This document shows, piece by piece, positions 42,548-50,939 of a stretch of 64,000 nucleotides of DNA (the first letter of the stretch is position 1; every line of letters starts with the position of its first letter). The notes beneath the pieces are model-generated. The model did no database searches and was not told the DNA's origin. It worked only from the letters and a program-made list of their open reading frames with translations. The translations under genes and the position numbers were made by a program. Source of the stretch: Miltoncostaeales bacterium (GTDB taxonomy: Bacteria > Actinomycetota > Thermoleophilia > Miltoncostaeales > Miltoncostaeaceae); NCBI GenBank assembly GCA_030833665.1, contig JAURGT010000003.1:6533-70532 (forward strand), written 5' to 3'.

Positions 42548-43333
42548 TCAGGCGAGGTGGGCCATCACGTTGGGCATCAGGAACCCGCGCTCCAGATGGC
42601 CCCACGACATGTCGCTCACCTGGTCGCCGATGCTTGCGATGATGCGGTAGCCCTTGTTCTCGAGCGCCATGCGCACGCGCACCTTGAACTGCGCGGCCGT
42701 GAGGGCCGCCGCCGACGTCGGGCGGAACGTCGCCTGGTCCCAGCCCTTCACGCCGTTCCGGCGCAGGCACGAACGCGAATATGGCGAGTTCGCCACGGAT
42801 CCCCCGCTGATGATGGCCACGTATACGCCCTGGCGCCGCAGGTCATTGAGCAGGTCGATCGACGGCCGGATCGGCTCGTATCCGCAGGCCTGCACGAATG
42901 CGTTCCACGTAGCCGTGTTGAACGACAGCGGCGGGTCCTGCGCCTTCTCATAGGGCCACGTGCTCATGAGCGTGTCATCGAGGTCGAACACCACCGCCAC
43001 GCGGCAGCGCCGCAGGTTGGCAGGCGACGAGCCCGCACATGTGGCGCGCACCCGGCGCTGCACCCACGACCGCGCCGCGGCGACCACCTGCGACTGGTCG
43101 CGGGGCAGGGCGTCGGATTCGTAGTACCAGGAGACCTGCGGGAACGCCGACGCGCCCTGGTTCCACGTGGTGCCGACGATCGGCGGCAGGTTCTGGCCGC
43201 TGCCGACGATGGGCCTCCCCTCCACGACGGCCCCGGGGTTCACGGGGAAGGCCCCGCCAAGCGCCGTGGCCGCGAAGGCAAGGGCTGTGGCGGCGCCCGC
43301 GGCGAGTGCGGGAAGGGGTCGCATGGAGCCCAT
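42548..43333 (-). CDS. secreted HAD-superfamily class B (plant-type) acid phosphatase
   Basis: Track ORF. Signal peptide MGSMRPLPALAAGAATALAFAATALGG. VVFDLDDTLMS (DxDxT nucleophile motif), ISGG, GDQVSDM. Confidence 0.75.
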   Translation of the reverse strand: MGSMRPLPALAAGAATALAFAATALGGAFPVNPGAVVEGRPIVGSGQNLPPIVGTTWNQGASAFPQVSWYYESDALPRDQSQVVAAARSWVQRRVRATCAGSSPANLRRCRVAVVFDLDDTLMSTWPYEKAQDPPLSFNTATWNAFVQACGYEPIRPSIDLLNDLRRQGVYVAIISGGSVANSPYSRSCLRRNGVKGWDQATFRPTSAAALTAAQFKVRVRMALENKGYRIIASIGDQVSDMSWGHLERGFLMPNVMAHLA

Positions 43334-43347
43334 CCTCGCACGCGCCC

Positions 43348-43812
43348 CTATCGCGTGGCCAGCCCGATCTCGGAGATGCGCCTCTCCTCCGGCGCGAGAT
43401 CACCCGGGGACGCCGCCGGGCGGTAGTCCTCGTTGATGAGCGGGCTGGTGAGCAGGAAGTCCGCCGTCGCGCGGTTGCACGCGATGGGGCAGTTGTGCAC
43501 CACGGCGATGCGGAGGAGGGCCTTTACATCCACATCGTGGGGCTGCGGCTCGAGCGGGTCCCAGAAGAAGATCACCACGTCGAGCCGGCCCTCGGCCAGC
43601 CACGCGCCTACCTGCTGGTCACCACCGAGCGGGCCCGACAGGAACCGGTGCACGTCGAGCCCCAGGTCATCAGCGATGATGCCGCCCGTGGTGCCCGTGG
43701 CGTGGAGCTCGTGGTGGCGCAGCACCTCGTAGTTCGCGCGCGCCCACTCGAGCATGTCGAGCTTCCGGTTGTCGTGCGCGATCATCACGATCCGCTTGCG
43801 CTGGTTCATCAT
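43348..43812 (-). CDS. mgsA: methylglyoxal synthase
   Basis: Track ORF. IVMIAHDNRK, LHATGTTG, SGPLGGDQQ, VIFFWDPLEPQPHDVDVKALLRIA. Confidence 0.9.
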   Translation of the reverse strand: MMNQRKRIVMIAHDNRKLDMLEWARANYEVLRHHELHATGTTGGIIADDLGLDVHRFLSGPLGGDQQVGAWLAEGRLDVVIFFWDPLEPQPHDVDVKALLRIAVVHNCPIACNRATADFLLTSPLINEDYRPAASPGDLAPEERRISEIGLATR

Positions 43813-43918
43813 CCCCCGGACCCCCTCCCGTTGCTCCCTTTTCCAGGTTCGCCCTCACCATAGGTCGGCCCCCGCCGCTGTCCGGCGATGCGGGCTGGGT
43901 GCTACATTCCTGACACGC

Positions 43919-43992
<74 letters not shown>

Positions 43993-43997
43993 TCCAC

Positions 43998-44019
43998 GAG
44001 GGCCCCGATCGGGGCCCTC
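43998..44019 (+). terminator. hairpin after tRNA-Met
   Basis: GAGGGCCCC (43998-44006) pairs with GGGGCCCTC (44011-44019), with a 4-nt loop. Confidence 0.5.
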
Positions 44020-44038
44020 AATCGTTCCGGAGGATCCC

Positions 44039-44137
44039 ATGGCCCCGCCCGCGCCCGACAGCCGTCGCCCTGTCCTCGCCGCCGTGGCGATCGTGCTCAT
44101 CGTCGGGCTGGTGATCCTCTTCATCGTCGCGATGTAG
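44039..44137 (+). CDS. candidate 32-aa single-TM micro-protein (below the track's size cut-off)
   Basis: My translation: MAPPAPDSRRPVLAAVAIVLIVGLVILFIVAM*. GGAGGA (44029-44034) lies 4 nt before the ATG. Confidence 0.35.
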   Translation: MAPPAPDSRRPVLAAVAIVLIVGLVILFIVAM

Positions 44138-44201
44138 GCAGGCGCGCCCGCTGTCCGCCCCGGCCTGCCCCGGGCCACGCCGGGACCCCCATGAGGACCC
44201 C

Positions 44202-44768
44202 GTGCACGGGGCTCCGGTACCGTCGAAAGCGGATCCCCTCTCCAGAAGCACAGTTCACCGCATGACACCGCGCCTCCGTCGTATCCTCGCCATCGCGGCC
44301 CCGGTGAACTACGCCGGCAAGCCCAACGCGGTCGTTCCGCAGATCCCGCTGCTCGACGAGGACGGGGCGTTGTACATCCACGCCAAGGCGATCGTGGCGG
44401 ACGGCGTGGACGGCTGGTTCGGGTCGATCAACGCGAGCACCCCGTGGATGAACGACAACCGCGAACTCGGACTTGGCGTGACCAACCGCCCGAGCGGCGG
44501 CACGCCGATGATTCCGGCGACGTACAGCCCGCAGATGGTCGCTGCCGTCACCACGGCAGCCGCATCGGACGCGGCGCAGGGCACCTCGTGGACCAAGGCG
44601 CAGCCGCAGATGAGCAGCGGCTCCTCGGGCTACATGAGCGCCGCGCAGTTCCCCTGCATCAACATGCAGCAGAACGCCACGAGCGGCCTGCCGGCACGTG
44701 ACCCCGCCAACCCGGCGGCGCCGCCCCAGGCGTCGGTCACCGCCACGCAACTCGCCACGAAGCCCTGA
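44202..44768 (+). CDS. phospholipase-D-like HKD-motif ORF, probably a truncated remnant
   Basis: Track ORF. One HKD motif, YIHAKAIVADG....GSINAS...NRELG, starts at residue ~59 of the track ORF (~39 from ATG 44262). That is too close to the N-terminus for a complete PLD fold. The tail is low-complexity Ala/Ser/Pro/Gln. Confidence 0.4.
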   Translation: MHGAPVPSKADPLSRSTVHRMTPRLRRILAIAAPVNYAGKPNAVVPQIPLLDEDGALYIHAKAIVADGVDGWFGSINASTPWMNDNRELGLGVTNRPSGGTPMIPATYSPQMVAAVTTAAASDAAQGTSWTKAQPQMSSGSSGYMSAAQFPCINMQQNATSGLPARDPANPAAPPQASVTATQLATKP

Positions 44769-44819
44769 CCGACGGCGGGTCCTGCCCGCATCTCGGGCAC
44801 CGGTGCTCCCGCCGGCGCC

Positions 44820-45476
44820 CTAGAGGGTCAGGACCCCGAGCACGATCAGGTAGGCCCCGACCAGCAGCAGTACCGTCACGACGATTGCGATGCGGTGCCG
44901 GCCGGCGGCCATCCGGAGCGCCGTGAGCCTCCGCAGCGCGGCCTGGCGGTCAGCCATGAACCACAGGATCGGGATCCAGCCCCACGAGTAGGAGATGAGG
45001 CTGAAGACCACGATGGTGGCGAGTGTGAACCAGGGGCCGTGGCCGGTGGTCTCCACGAGTGCCAGGGCGTACCACACGCCGGGGAGCCCGAAGAGCAGGC
45101 CGACGGCGAATGACACCCTTGACGACTCCACCATGCGGTCGAGGCGGGCATCCTCGCGCGCGCGGTCATGCTTGCGCGGCCGGGTGCGCGCGTGCACGTG
45201 CCGCCAGAGGATGTATCCGGCGAACGCGACGAGTAGCGCACCCGCCACCATGTAGACGACAGGGAAGTGCCGACCGTCGCCAAGGCCGGTGGGGCGGATG
45301 CCCAGGTCGACGATGCCATAGGCCACCAGCGCGCCGCTGACGAGCGATGTGAGGAGGGTGCCCGTGACGAACAGCCACGCGTGCCTGAGGCCGCGCGTGC
45401 CCCCGAGCAGGTAGAGCACCACCGCGAGCGTCTGCGGCGAGACGGATGAGATGAGGGCGAGCTCGAAGAAGCTCAC
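44820..45476 (-). CDS. hypothetical polytopic membrane protein
   Basis: Track ORF. Six hydrophobic segments with a central basic loop HVHARTRPRKHDRAREDARLDR. No family confidently recognised. Confidence 0.6.
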   Translation of the reverse strand: MSFFELALISSVSPQTLAVVLYLLGGTRGLRHAWLFVTGTLLTSLVSGALVAYGIVDLGIRPTGLGDGRHFPVVYMVAGALLVAFAGYILWRHVHARTRPRKHDRAREDARLDRMVESSRVSFAVGLLFGLPGVWYALALVETTGHGPWFTLATIVVFSLISYSWGWIPILWFMADRQAALRRLTALRMAAGRHRIAIVVTVLLLVGAYLIVLGVLTL

Positions 45477-45482
45477 GCGGGC

Positions 45483-46133
45483 TCAGTCGAGGATGCTGAT
45501 GGCGCGGGCGGCGATGATGAGGATCACCATGAGCGACAGCAGCGACTCCACCGCCATGAGCAGCTTCATGCGGTGGCGCAGTGGAAGGGCGTCGGCTGGC
45601 GCGAACGACACCGAGTTGGTGAACGACAGGTAGAGGTAGTCCCAGAAGGACGGACGCCAGGTCCAGGGCTCGGGCAGCGTGTACTGGGCGAAGAGCTGCT
45701 CATGTGGACCGGGCGGCGCGAGTGCCCGGTGACGCGGCCCGCCGCCGTCGATCTCCCAGAACCAGACCGCGAAGACGATGACATTGGTGAACCACACCTG
45801 CAGGGCCGCGACGGTGAGGTACTTCCCCTCGAAGCCGGCCTCGCCCACGATGCCGTAGACGAGCTCCCCGATGGCCACCGCGTTGGCCAGGGTGACGAGC
45901 GCAGCGAGGGTGATGCCGAGCCGCCGGCGGCGATCGGTCTCCTCCACGGGCGATGCTGCTGCCACGCAGATGAGGACGACCACCAGGGCCGGGATGATCC
46001 AGCGCAGCCAGCCACCGCCGAGGATGAGATCACCGGGGAGGCTCACCTCGAGCAGGGCTGCCACGAGGAGGGCGCCCAGCGGGGGCCATCGCGACTCACG
46101 CCAGGGATTCGCGTCTTCACCGGTGGGGGCCAC
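45483..46133 (-). CDS. DUF1345-family membrane protein
   Basis: Track ORF. The C-terminal FWDYLYLSFTNSVSFAPADALPLRHRMKLLMAVESLLSLMVILIIAARAI matches my memory of the DUF1345 signature (DFLYFSFT...R..R). Confidence 0.65.
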   Translation of the reverse strand: MAPTGEDANPWRESRWPPLGALLVAALLEVSLPGDLILGGGWLRWIIPALVVVLICVAAASPVEETDRRRRLGITLAALVTLANAVAIGELVYGIVGEAGFEGKYLTVAALQVWFTNVIVFAVWFWEIDGGGPRHRALAPPGPHEQLFAQYTLPEPWTWRPSFWDYLYLSFTNSVSFAPADALPLRHRMKLLMAVESLLSLMVILIIAARAISILD

Positions 46134-46171
46134 GGCGGGATGTTGCCAGCCCGGCCCGGGGCATTGGGCTA

Positions 46172-48019
46172 GTGTGCGCCGCCGTGCCTACCCGGGAAGA
46201 TCTCAGGAACGTGGCGATCGTGGCCCATGTGGACCACGGCAAGACCACCCTCGTCGACGCCATGCTCTGGCAGAGCGGCGCGTTCCGCGACAACCAGGAC
46301 GTGCAGACCCGCGTGATGGACTCGGGCGACCTCGAGCGCGAGAAGGGCATCACGATCCTCGCCAAGAACACCGCCGTGCGTCGCGGTGACCTGACGATCA
46401 ACATCATCGACACGCCGGGGCACGCCGATTTCGGCGGCGAGGTGGAGCGCGGGCTCTACATGGTGGATGGCGTCCTGCTGCTCGTGGATGCCTCCGAGGG
46501 GCCCCTGCCCCAGACCCGCTTCGTCCTGCGCAAGGCGCTCGAGGCCAGGCTGCCCGTGGTGCTGGTGGTCAACAAGATCGACCGGCCCGACGCCCGTGCT
46601 GCCGAGGTGGTGGACGAGGTCTACGAGCTGTTCCTCGACCTGGGCGCCGACGAGGCGCAGATCGACTTCCCCATCGTCTACGCCAACGCGAAGGCGGGCA
46701 CGGCCTCGCTCTCGGCAGTCCAGCAGGACGACGACCTCTCGGCGCTCTTCGACGTGCTGCGCGACACCGTGCCCGCCCCGGAGTACACCGAGGGCGCCCC
46801 GCTGCAGGCACTGGTCACCAACCTCGCTGCCGACAGCTACCTGGGGCGCCTGGCGATCTGCCGCGTGCACGAGGGCACCATCCGCCGCGGGGAGCAGGTC
46901 GCCTGGTGCCGGGCGGATGGCTCGGTGCAGGTGGTGAAGGTGGCCGAGCTCTTCCTCACCAGGGAGCTCGACCGCGTGCCAGTGGACGAGGCCGGGCCCG
47001 GCGACATCATCGCGGTCGCCGGCATCGAGGACATCACCATCGGAGAGACGCTCGCCGACATCGAGCACCCGAACGCCCTGCCGGTGATCACCGTGGACGA
47101 GCCCAGCCTCGGGCTCACGATCGGGATCAACACATCCGCGCTCGCGGGGCGCGAGGGCACCAAGCTCACCGCCCGAATGCTGAAGGACCGCCTCGACCAG
47201 GAGCTCATCGGCAACGTGTCGCTGCGCGTGCAGTCGACCGACCGCCCCGACGCCTGGGAGGTTCAGGGGCGCGGGGAGCTGCAGCTGGCCGTGCTGGTGG
47301 AGACCATGCGCCGCGAGGGCTTCGAGCTGACGGTGGGCAAGCCCGAAGTGCTGATCCGCGAGATCGACGGCGTGCGCCACGAGCCCATGGAACGGGTCAC
47401 CGTGGACGTCCCCGAGGACATGATGGGCGTGGTCACCCAGCTGCTGGCCCTCCGCAAGGGGCGCATGGAGCAGGTGGTGAACCACGGCACCGGCTGGACC
47501 CGCCTCGACTACCTGGTTCCCGCGCGCGGCCTCGTGGGCTTCCGCACGGAGTTCCTCACCGAGACCCGCGGCACCGGCCTGCTGCACTCGGTGTTCGACT
47601 CCTGGCAGCCGTGGCAGGGGGAGATCCGCACGCGCACGCGCGGCAGCCTGGTGGCCGACCGCACCGGCGTGGTCACCACCTTCGCGATGTTCGGCCTGCA
47701 GGAGCGCGGGGTGCTCTTCGTGGAGCCCGGCGATGCGGTGTACGAGGGAATGATCGTGGGCGAGAACTCCCGCGGCGATGACCTCGACGTGAACATCTGC
47801 AAGGAGAAGAAGCTCACCAACATGCGCTCGAGCACGGCCGACGAGCTCGAGCGCCTGGTGCCGCCGCGCACGCTCTCGCTCGAGCAGGCGCTCGAGTGGG
47901 TGCGCGATGACGAGTGCGTCGAGGTGACGCCCGACGACGTGCGCATGCGCAAGACCGTCCTCGACGCCACGAAGCGGGCGAAGGCCGCCAAGAGCCGCAA
48001 GGTCGCGGCCGAGGCCTGA
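46172..48019 (+). CDS. typA: translational GTPase TypA/BipA
   Basis: Track ORF. RNVAIVAHVDHGKTTLVD (G1), DTPGHADFGGEV (G3), NKIDR (G4), EF-G-like domains. GTG 46184 (VPTREDLRNVAI) is an equally plausible start. Confidence 0.95.
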   Translation: MCAAVPTREDLRNVAIVAHVDHGKTTLVDAMLWQSGAFRDNQDVQTRVMDSGDLEREKGITILAKNTAVRRGDLTINIIDTPGHADFGGEVERGLYMVDGVLLLVDASEGPLPQTRFVLRKALEARLPVVLVVNKIDRPDARAAEVVDEVYELFLDLGADEAQIDFPIVYANAKAGTASLSAVQQDDDLSALFDVLRDTVPAPEYTEGAPLQALVTNLAADSYLGRLAICRVHEGTIRRGEQVAWCRADGSVQVVKVAELFLTRELDRVPVDEAGPGDIIAVAGIEDITIGETLADIEHPNALPVITVDEPSLGLTIGINTSALAGREGTKLTARMLKDRLDQELIGNVSLRVQSTDRPDAWEVQGRGELQLAVLVETMRREGFELTVGKPEVLIREIDGVRHEPMERVTVDVPEDMMGVVTQLLALRKGRMEQVVNHGTGWTRLDYLVPARGLVGFRTEFLTETRGTGLLHSVFDSWQPWQGEIRTRTRGSLVADRTGVVTTFAMFGLQERGVLFVEPGDAVYEGMIVGENSRGDDLDVNICKEKKLTNMRSSTADELERLVPPRTLSLEQALEWVRDDECVEVTPDDVRMRKTVLDATKRAKAAKSRKVAAEA

Positions 48020-48045
48020 CCACCCGCAGTCCGTAGCATCGGAAC

Positions 48046-48996
48046 ATGCCGGACGTGCGCATCGACGAGAGCGTCTCCCCCGCCGCCCACCGGGCCGGCA
48101 TGCTCGCCGCGCTCGAGGCCGGCCGGGTGGACAACCGCTTCCACTACGTGGGCGAGCGCTCGGCCTCGATGTGGCGCGCGCTGGCATCGGCGCACTCGCC
48201 CGCCCAGGCCGAGGACGGCCTTGCCGCCTATGACGCCGCCGCGCGCGCTGCCATAGCCGCGGTGCCCGCGGGCCCGGTGCACGTGATCGGGGTCGCCTGC
48301 GGGGACGGCGTGAAGGAGCGACGGCTGCTCGGCGCACTCGTGTCGGCGGGCCATGCGGACGTGCGGGCGACTGCCGTGGACGTGAGCGTGCCGCTGGTCA
48401 CCGCCGCCGCGGAGGCCATGGGCGCCGTGCCAGGGGTCGAGGGTGCCGATGCCGTGGCCGTGGACATCACCGCCGTCGGCGACCTCTCCCCCATCCTCGG
48501 CGACCGGCGACCGGGATCCCGCGTGGTGACCCTTTTCGGGGTGGTGTCCACGCTCGGGCCTGGCTCACTGGGTCCGGCCCTCTCCCTGCTCGCCCCGGGC
48601 GACGTGCTCATGGTGAGCGCCAACCTCCTGCCGGAACGCCCGGGCGCGCGCGATGACGTGATGGCCCAGTACGACAACCCGCCCACCCGGGCGTGGCTCA
48701 TGGCGGTGCTCGAGGACATCGGTCTCGGCCGCGCCGGGAATATCGCCATGCGCTGGGACGACGCCCCCGATGCCCTTGCCATCGTCGGGGAGGTCACGCC
48801 GCGCGATCCGCTGGTCGCCGACGTCGAGGGGCTCACCGTGACGATGCCGGCCGGCATGCCGATCCGCGTGCTCGAGTCGTTCCGGCACGATGCATCGGGC
48901 CTCGACCAGCTGCTGCGCGGCGCCGGGCTCGCGCAGGTGGTCGCGTGCATCTCGCCGAGCGGCGAGGAGGGCGTGGCGGTGGCGGTGGCTCCCTAG
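48046..48996 (+). CDS. SAM-dependent methyltransferase, EgtD-like (histidine N-alpha-methyltransferase-type) fold
   Basis: Track ORF. VHVIGVACGDGVKERRLL (SAM motif I-like), ATAVDVS, VTLFGVVSTLGP, AQYDNPPTRAW. The assignment is from pattern memory only. Confidence 0.55.
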   Translation: MPDVRIDESVSPAAHRAGMLAALEAGRVDNRFHYVGERSASMWRALASAHSPAQAEDGLAAYDAAARAAIAAVPAGPVHVIGVACGDGVKERRLLGALVSAGHADVRATAVDVSVPLVTAAAEAMGAVPGVEGADAVAVDITAVGDLSPILGDRRPGSRVVTLFGVVSTLGPGSLGPALSLLAPGDVLMVSANLLPERPGARDDVMAQYDNPPTRAWLMAVLEDIGLGRAGNIAMRWDDAPDALAIVGEVTPRDPLVADVEGLTVTMPAGMPIRVLESFRHDASGLDQLLRGAGLAQVVACISPSGEEGVAVAVAP

Positions 48997-49441
48997 TCGG
49001 CAGGGGCGCCGTTCAGGCGCCGGCCGAACATCACGAGCACCGCGGCGATGATGCCGGTGAGGGCCATGATTCCCATGCCCCACGCGAACGACAGCGAAGC
49101 GGCGGGAAGCACGACGTACGGCGCGATCGCGCCGCCGATGTGGCCGGTGCCATCGGAGATCGAGACCGCGCGCGCTGGGCCGACTCGAAGTGCTCGCCCG
49201 TGCAGACGTACAAGATCGGTACCGCGAAGCCGATGCCGGTCACCGAGGGGAACGCGATGCTGGTGGTGAGCGAGAAGCCCTTGTCGGCGAGCAGGGTGGG
49301 GGCGAGGGTGAGCCACCCGTAGTTACCGATGCACTACGCGAACCACACGCCCACGGCCACGAGCAACTGCGGGCGGTACGGCCAGGTGATGAGCGCGTCG
49401 AGGCGCGCCAGCACCTGCTCCCCCGGCAACTCCGACCTCAT
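48993..49441 (-). pseudogene. decayed remnant of the C-terminal half of an MFS transporter
   Basis: Minus-strand reading: ATG 49441 overlaps the DHPS-like stop. MRSELPGEQVLARLDALITWPYRPQLLVAVGVWFA, then an in-frame TAG (49334-49336). The same frame continues CIGNYGWLTLAPTLLADKGFSLTTSIAFPSVTGIGFAVPILYV..GEHFESAQRA. The MFS-like sequence then resumes in another frame: AVSISDGTGHIGGAIAPYVVLPAASLSFAWGMGIMALTGIIAAVLVMFGRRL. Confidence 0.5.
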
Positions 49442-50361
49442 GGACCGGTGAAGACTCCCCCCTCGATCACCTGCATGGTGTCGAGCACCGCGCGCACGCG
49501 CGGCACCTCGTGGGTGCGGAACAGCCCGGTGCGACCCATCGCCGCGAGTACTGCGAAGAACGACTCGGCAGTGCGGACCTCTTCGCGGAAGAAGTCGAAC
49601 GCGTGCGGCAGGGCATGGCACACGGGCCACCCGAGCACGCGCAGGCGAAACGTGTTGAGGAACACCTTCGCCTGATGCCGCACGCGCGCCTCGCCGTCCA
49701 GCAGGTTCCCGTAGTAGAAGCCCAGGCCCGGATCCACGAACAGCCGCTCCACGCCGAGCTCCTGCGCGCGGTCGAGGCGCGGCCCGAAGTGATCAATGAG
49801 CGCGGGGATCGGATCGTCGCCCAGCACGAGGTTCTGCACCTCGCGCACGTTCGCACCCTGCACGAAGCACATGATCACGGCGGCGTCGTGCTCGGCGGCT
49901 GCCGCGTACATGTCGTCCTCGCGCTCGACGCCAGTGAGGTTCAGCACGCCCGCGCCCGCGGCAAGCGCCACGCGCGCGACATCGGGCGAGTACGTCTCCA
50001 CGGAGCTCACGATGCCGTCGTCACGGAGCGCCGTGATGACCGGCAGCACGCCGGCCAGCTGCTGCTCGGGAGAAACGCGCTCGGCCCCGGGGATCGTCGA
50101 CTCGGCGCCGATGTCGATGATCGTCGCCCCCTGTGCGGCGAGCACCCGGCCGCGCTCGATAGCCGCCTCCGGCGACGGCGACACCGACTCGCGATACCAG
50201 GAGTCGCGCGAGAGGTTGACCACCCCCATGATCGCCGGGCGGGTGTCGGCATCGAAGGGCACGCCGCCGATATCGAATGCGCGCACCGGTGCGCGCAGGG
50301 CATCGGGATACGCGTTCGCGAGCGCGGCCATCTCGGCCAGGAGGGGCGTGGGGACGGTCAT
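49438..50361 (-). CDS. dihydropteroate-synthase-like pterin-binding-domain protein (divergent)
   Basis: Track ORF. GATIIDIGAEST.PGA, SVETYS, DPGLGF and FRTHEV align with E. coli FolP GATIIDVGGESTRPGA, SVDTSK, DPGFGF and IRVHDV. However, TPDSFSDGG is replaced by SRDSWYRES and the SRKS loop is absent. Confidence 0.75.
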   Translation of the reverse strand: MTVPTPLLAEMAALANAYPDALRAPVRAFDIGGVPFDADTRPAIMGVVNLSRDSWYRESVSPSPEAAIERGRVLAAQGATIIDIGAESTIPGAERVSPEQQLAGVLPVITALRDDGIVSSVETYSPDVARVALAAGAGVLNLTGVEREDDMYAAAAEHDAAVIMCFVQGANVREVQNLVLGDDPIPALIDHFGPRLDRAQELGVERLFVDPGLGFYYGNLLDGEARVRHQAKVFLNTFRLRVLGWPVCHALPHAFDFFREEVRTAESFFAVLAAMGRTGLFRTHEVPRVRAVLDTMQVIEGGVFTGP

Positions 50362-50389
50362 CGGCGCGAACCGTACCGACTGTGGTCGC

Positions 50390-50872
50390 CTAGGCGGGCA
50401 TCGGCCCCACCGAGGGGATGATCACCGCCGGGTCGAGGGCAAGCAGGGGCGAGGGGTCAACGGCGGGCGCGGCCACGAGGGCGCCGCCATCCATCGCGAG
50501 CGCCCGGCCCGGCATGAGCGCGCGATGCACAACCGACCAGAGCGCGACGTCAGCGCCGTCGCCCACCGGGATCGCCCCGATGCCCGGCGGCGGGTCCTCG
50601 CCCGCCGTCCACCGCCTGCCACCGGTCATCGCCACGAGCCCATCGGCATCACGCGGATCATGAGTGCGCGTATTCAGGACCCACGCGGGCCCGCCGAGGC
50701 GCTCGAGGTCGCGGGCGATGGCCCGCTCGAAGCGCGAGAGGTCATCCCCCGGCGGGGGGAGGACCGGATCGACGAGCAGCATCATCTCTCCGTGCTCCAG
50801 GTACGCGGAGGCCAGCTCGATGCCATCCCGCCGCACCGACCATCGCCAGAGACCGTCATGAATGCGCGTCAC
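50390..50872 (-). CDS. hypothetical protein (about 160 aa)
   Basis: C-terminal part of track ORF 50390..51109(-). GTG 50872 follows GAGGTGGAG. VTRIHDGLWRWSVRRDGIELASAYLEHGEMMLLVDPVLP resembles the first strands of MBL-fold proteins, but there is no HxHxDH motif. Confidence 0.45.
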   Translation of the reverse strand: MTRIHDGLWRWSVRRDGIELASAYLEHGEMMLLVDPVLPPPGDDLSRFERAIARDLERLGGPAWVLNTRTHDPRDADGLVAMTGGRRWTAGEDPPPGIGAIPVGDGADVALWSVVHRALMPGRALAMDGGALVAAPAVDPSPLLALDPAVIIPSVGPMPA

Positions 50873-50939
50873 CTCCACCTCGCGAACGCTAGACGCACGG
50901 GGGAGCAGGTCAGGCCGTGGCGTGCGCGAACATCTGCCC

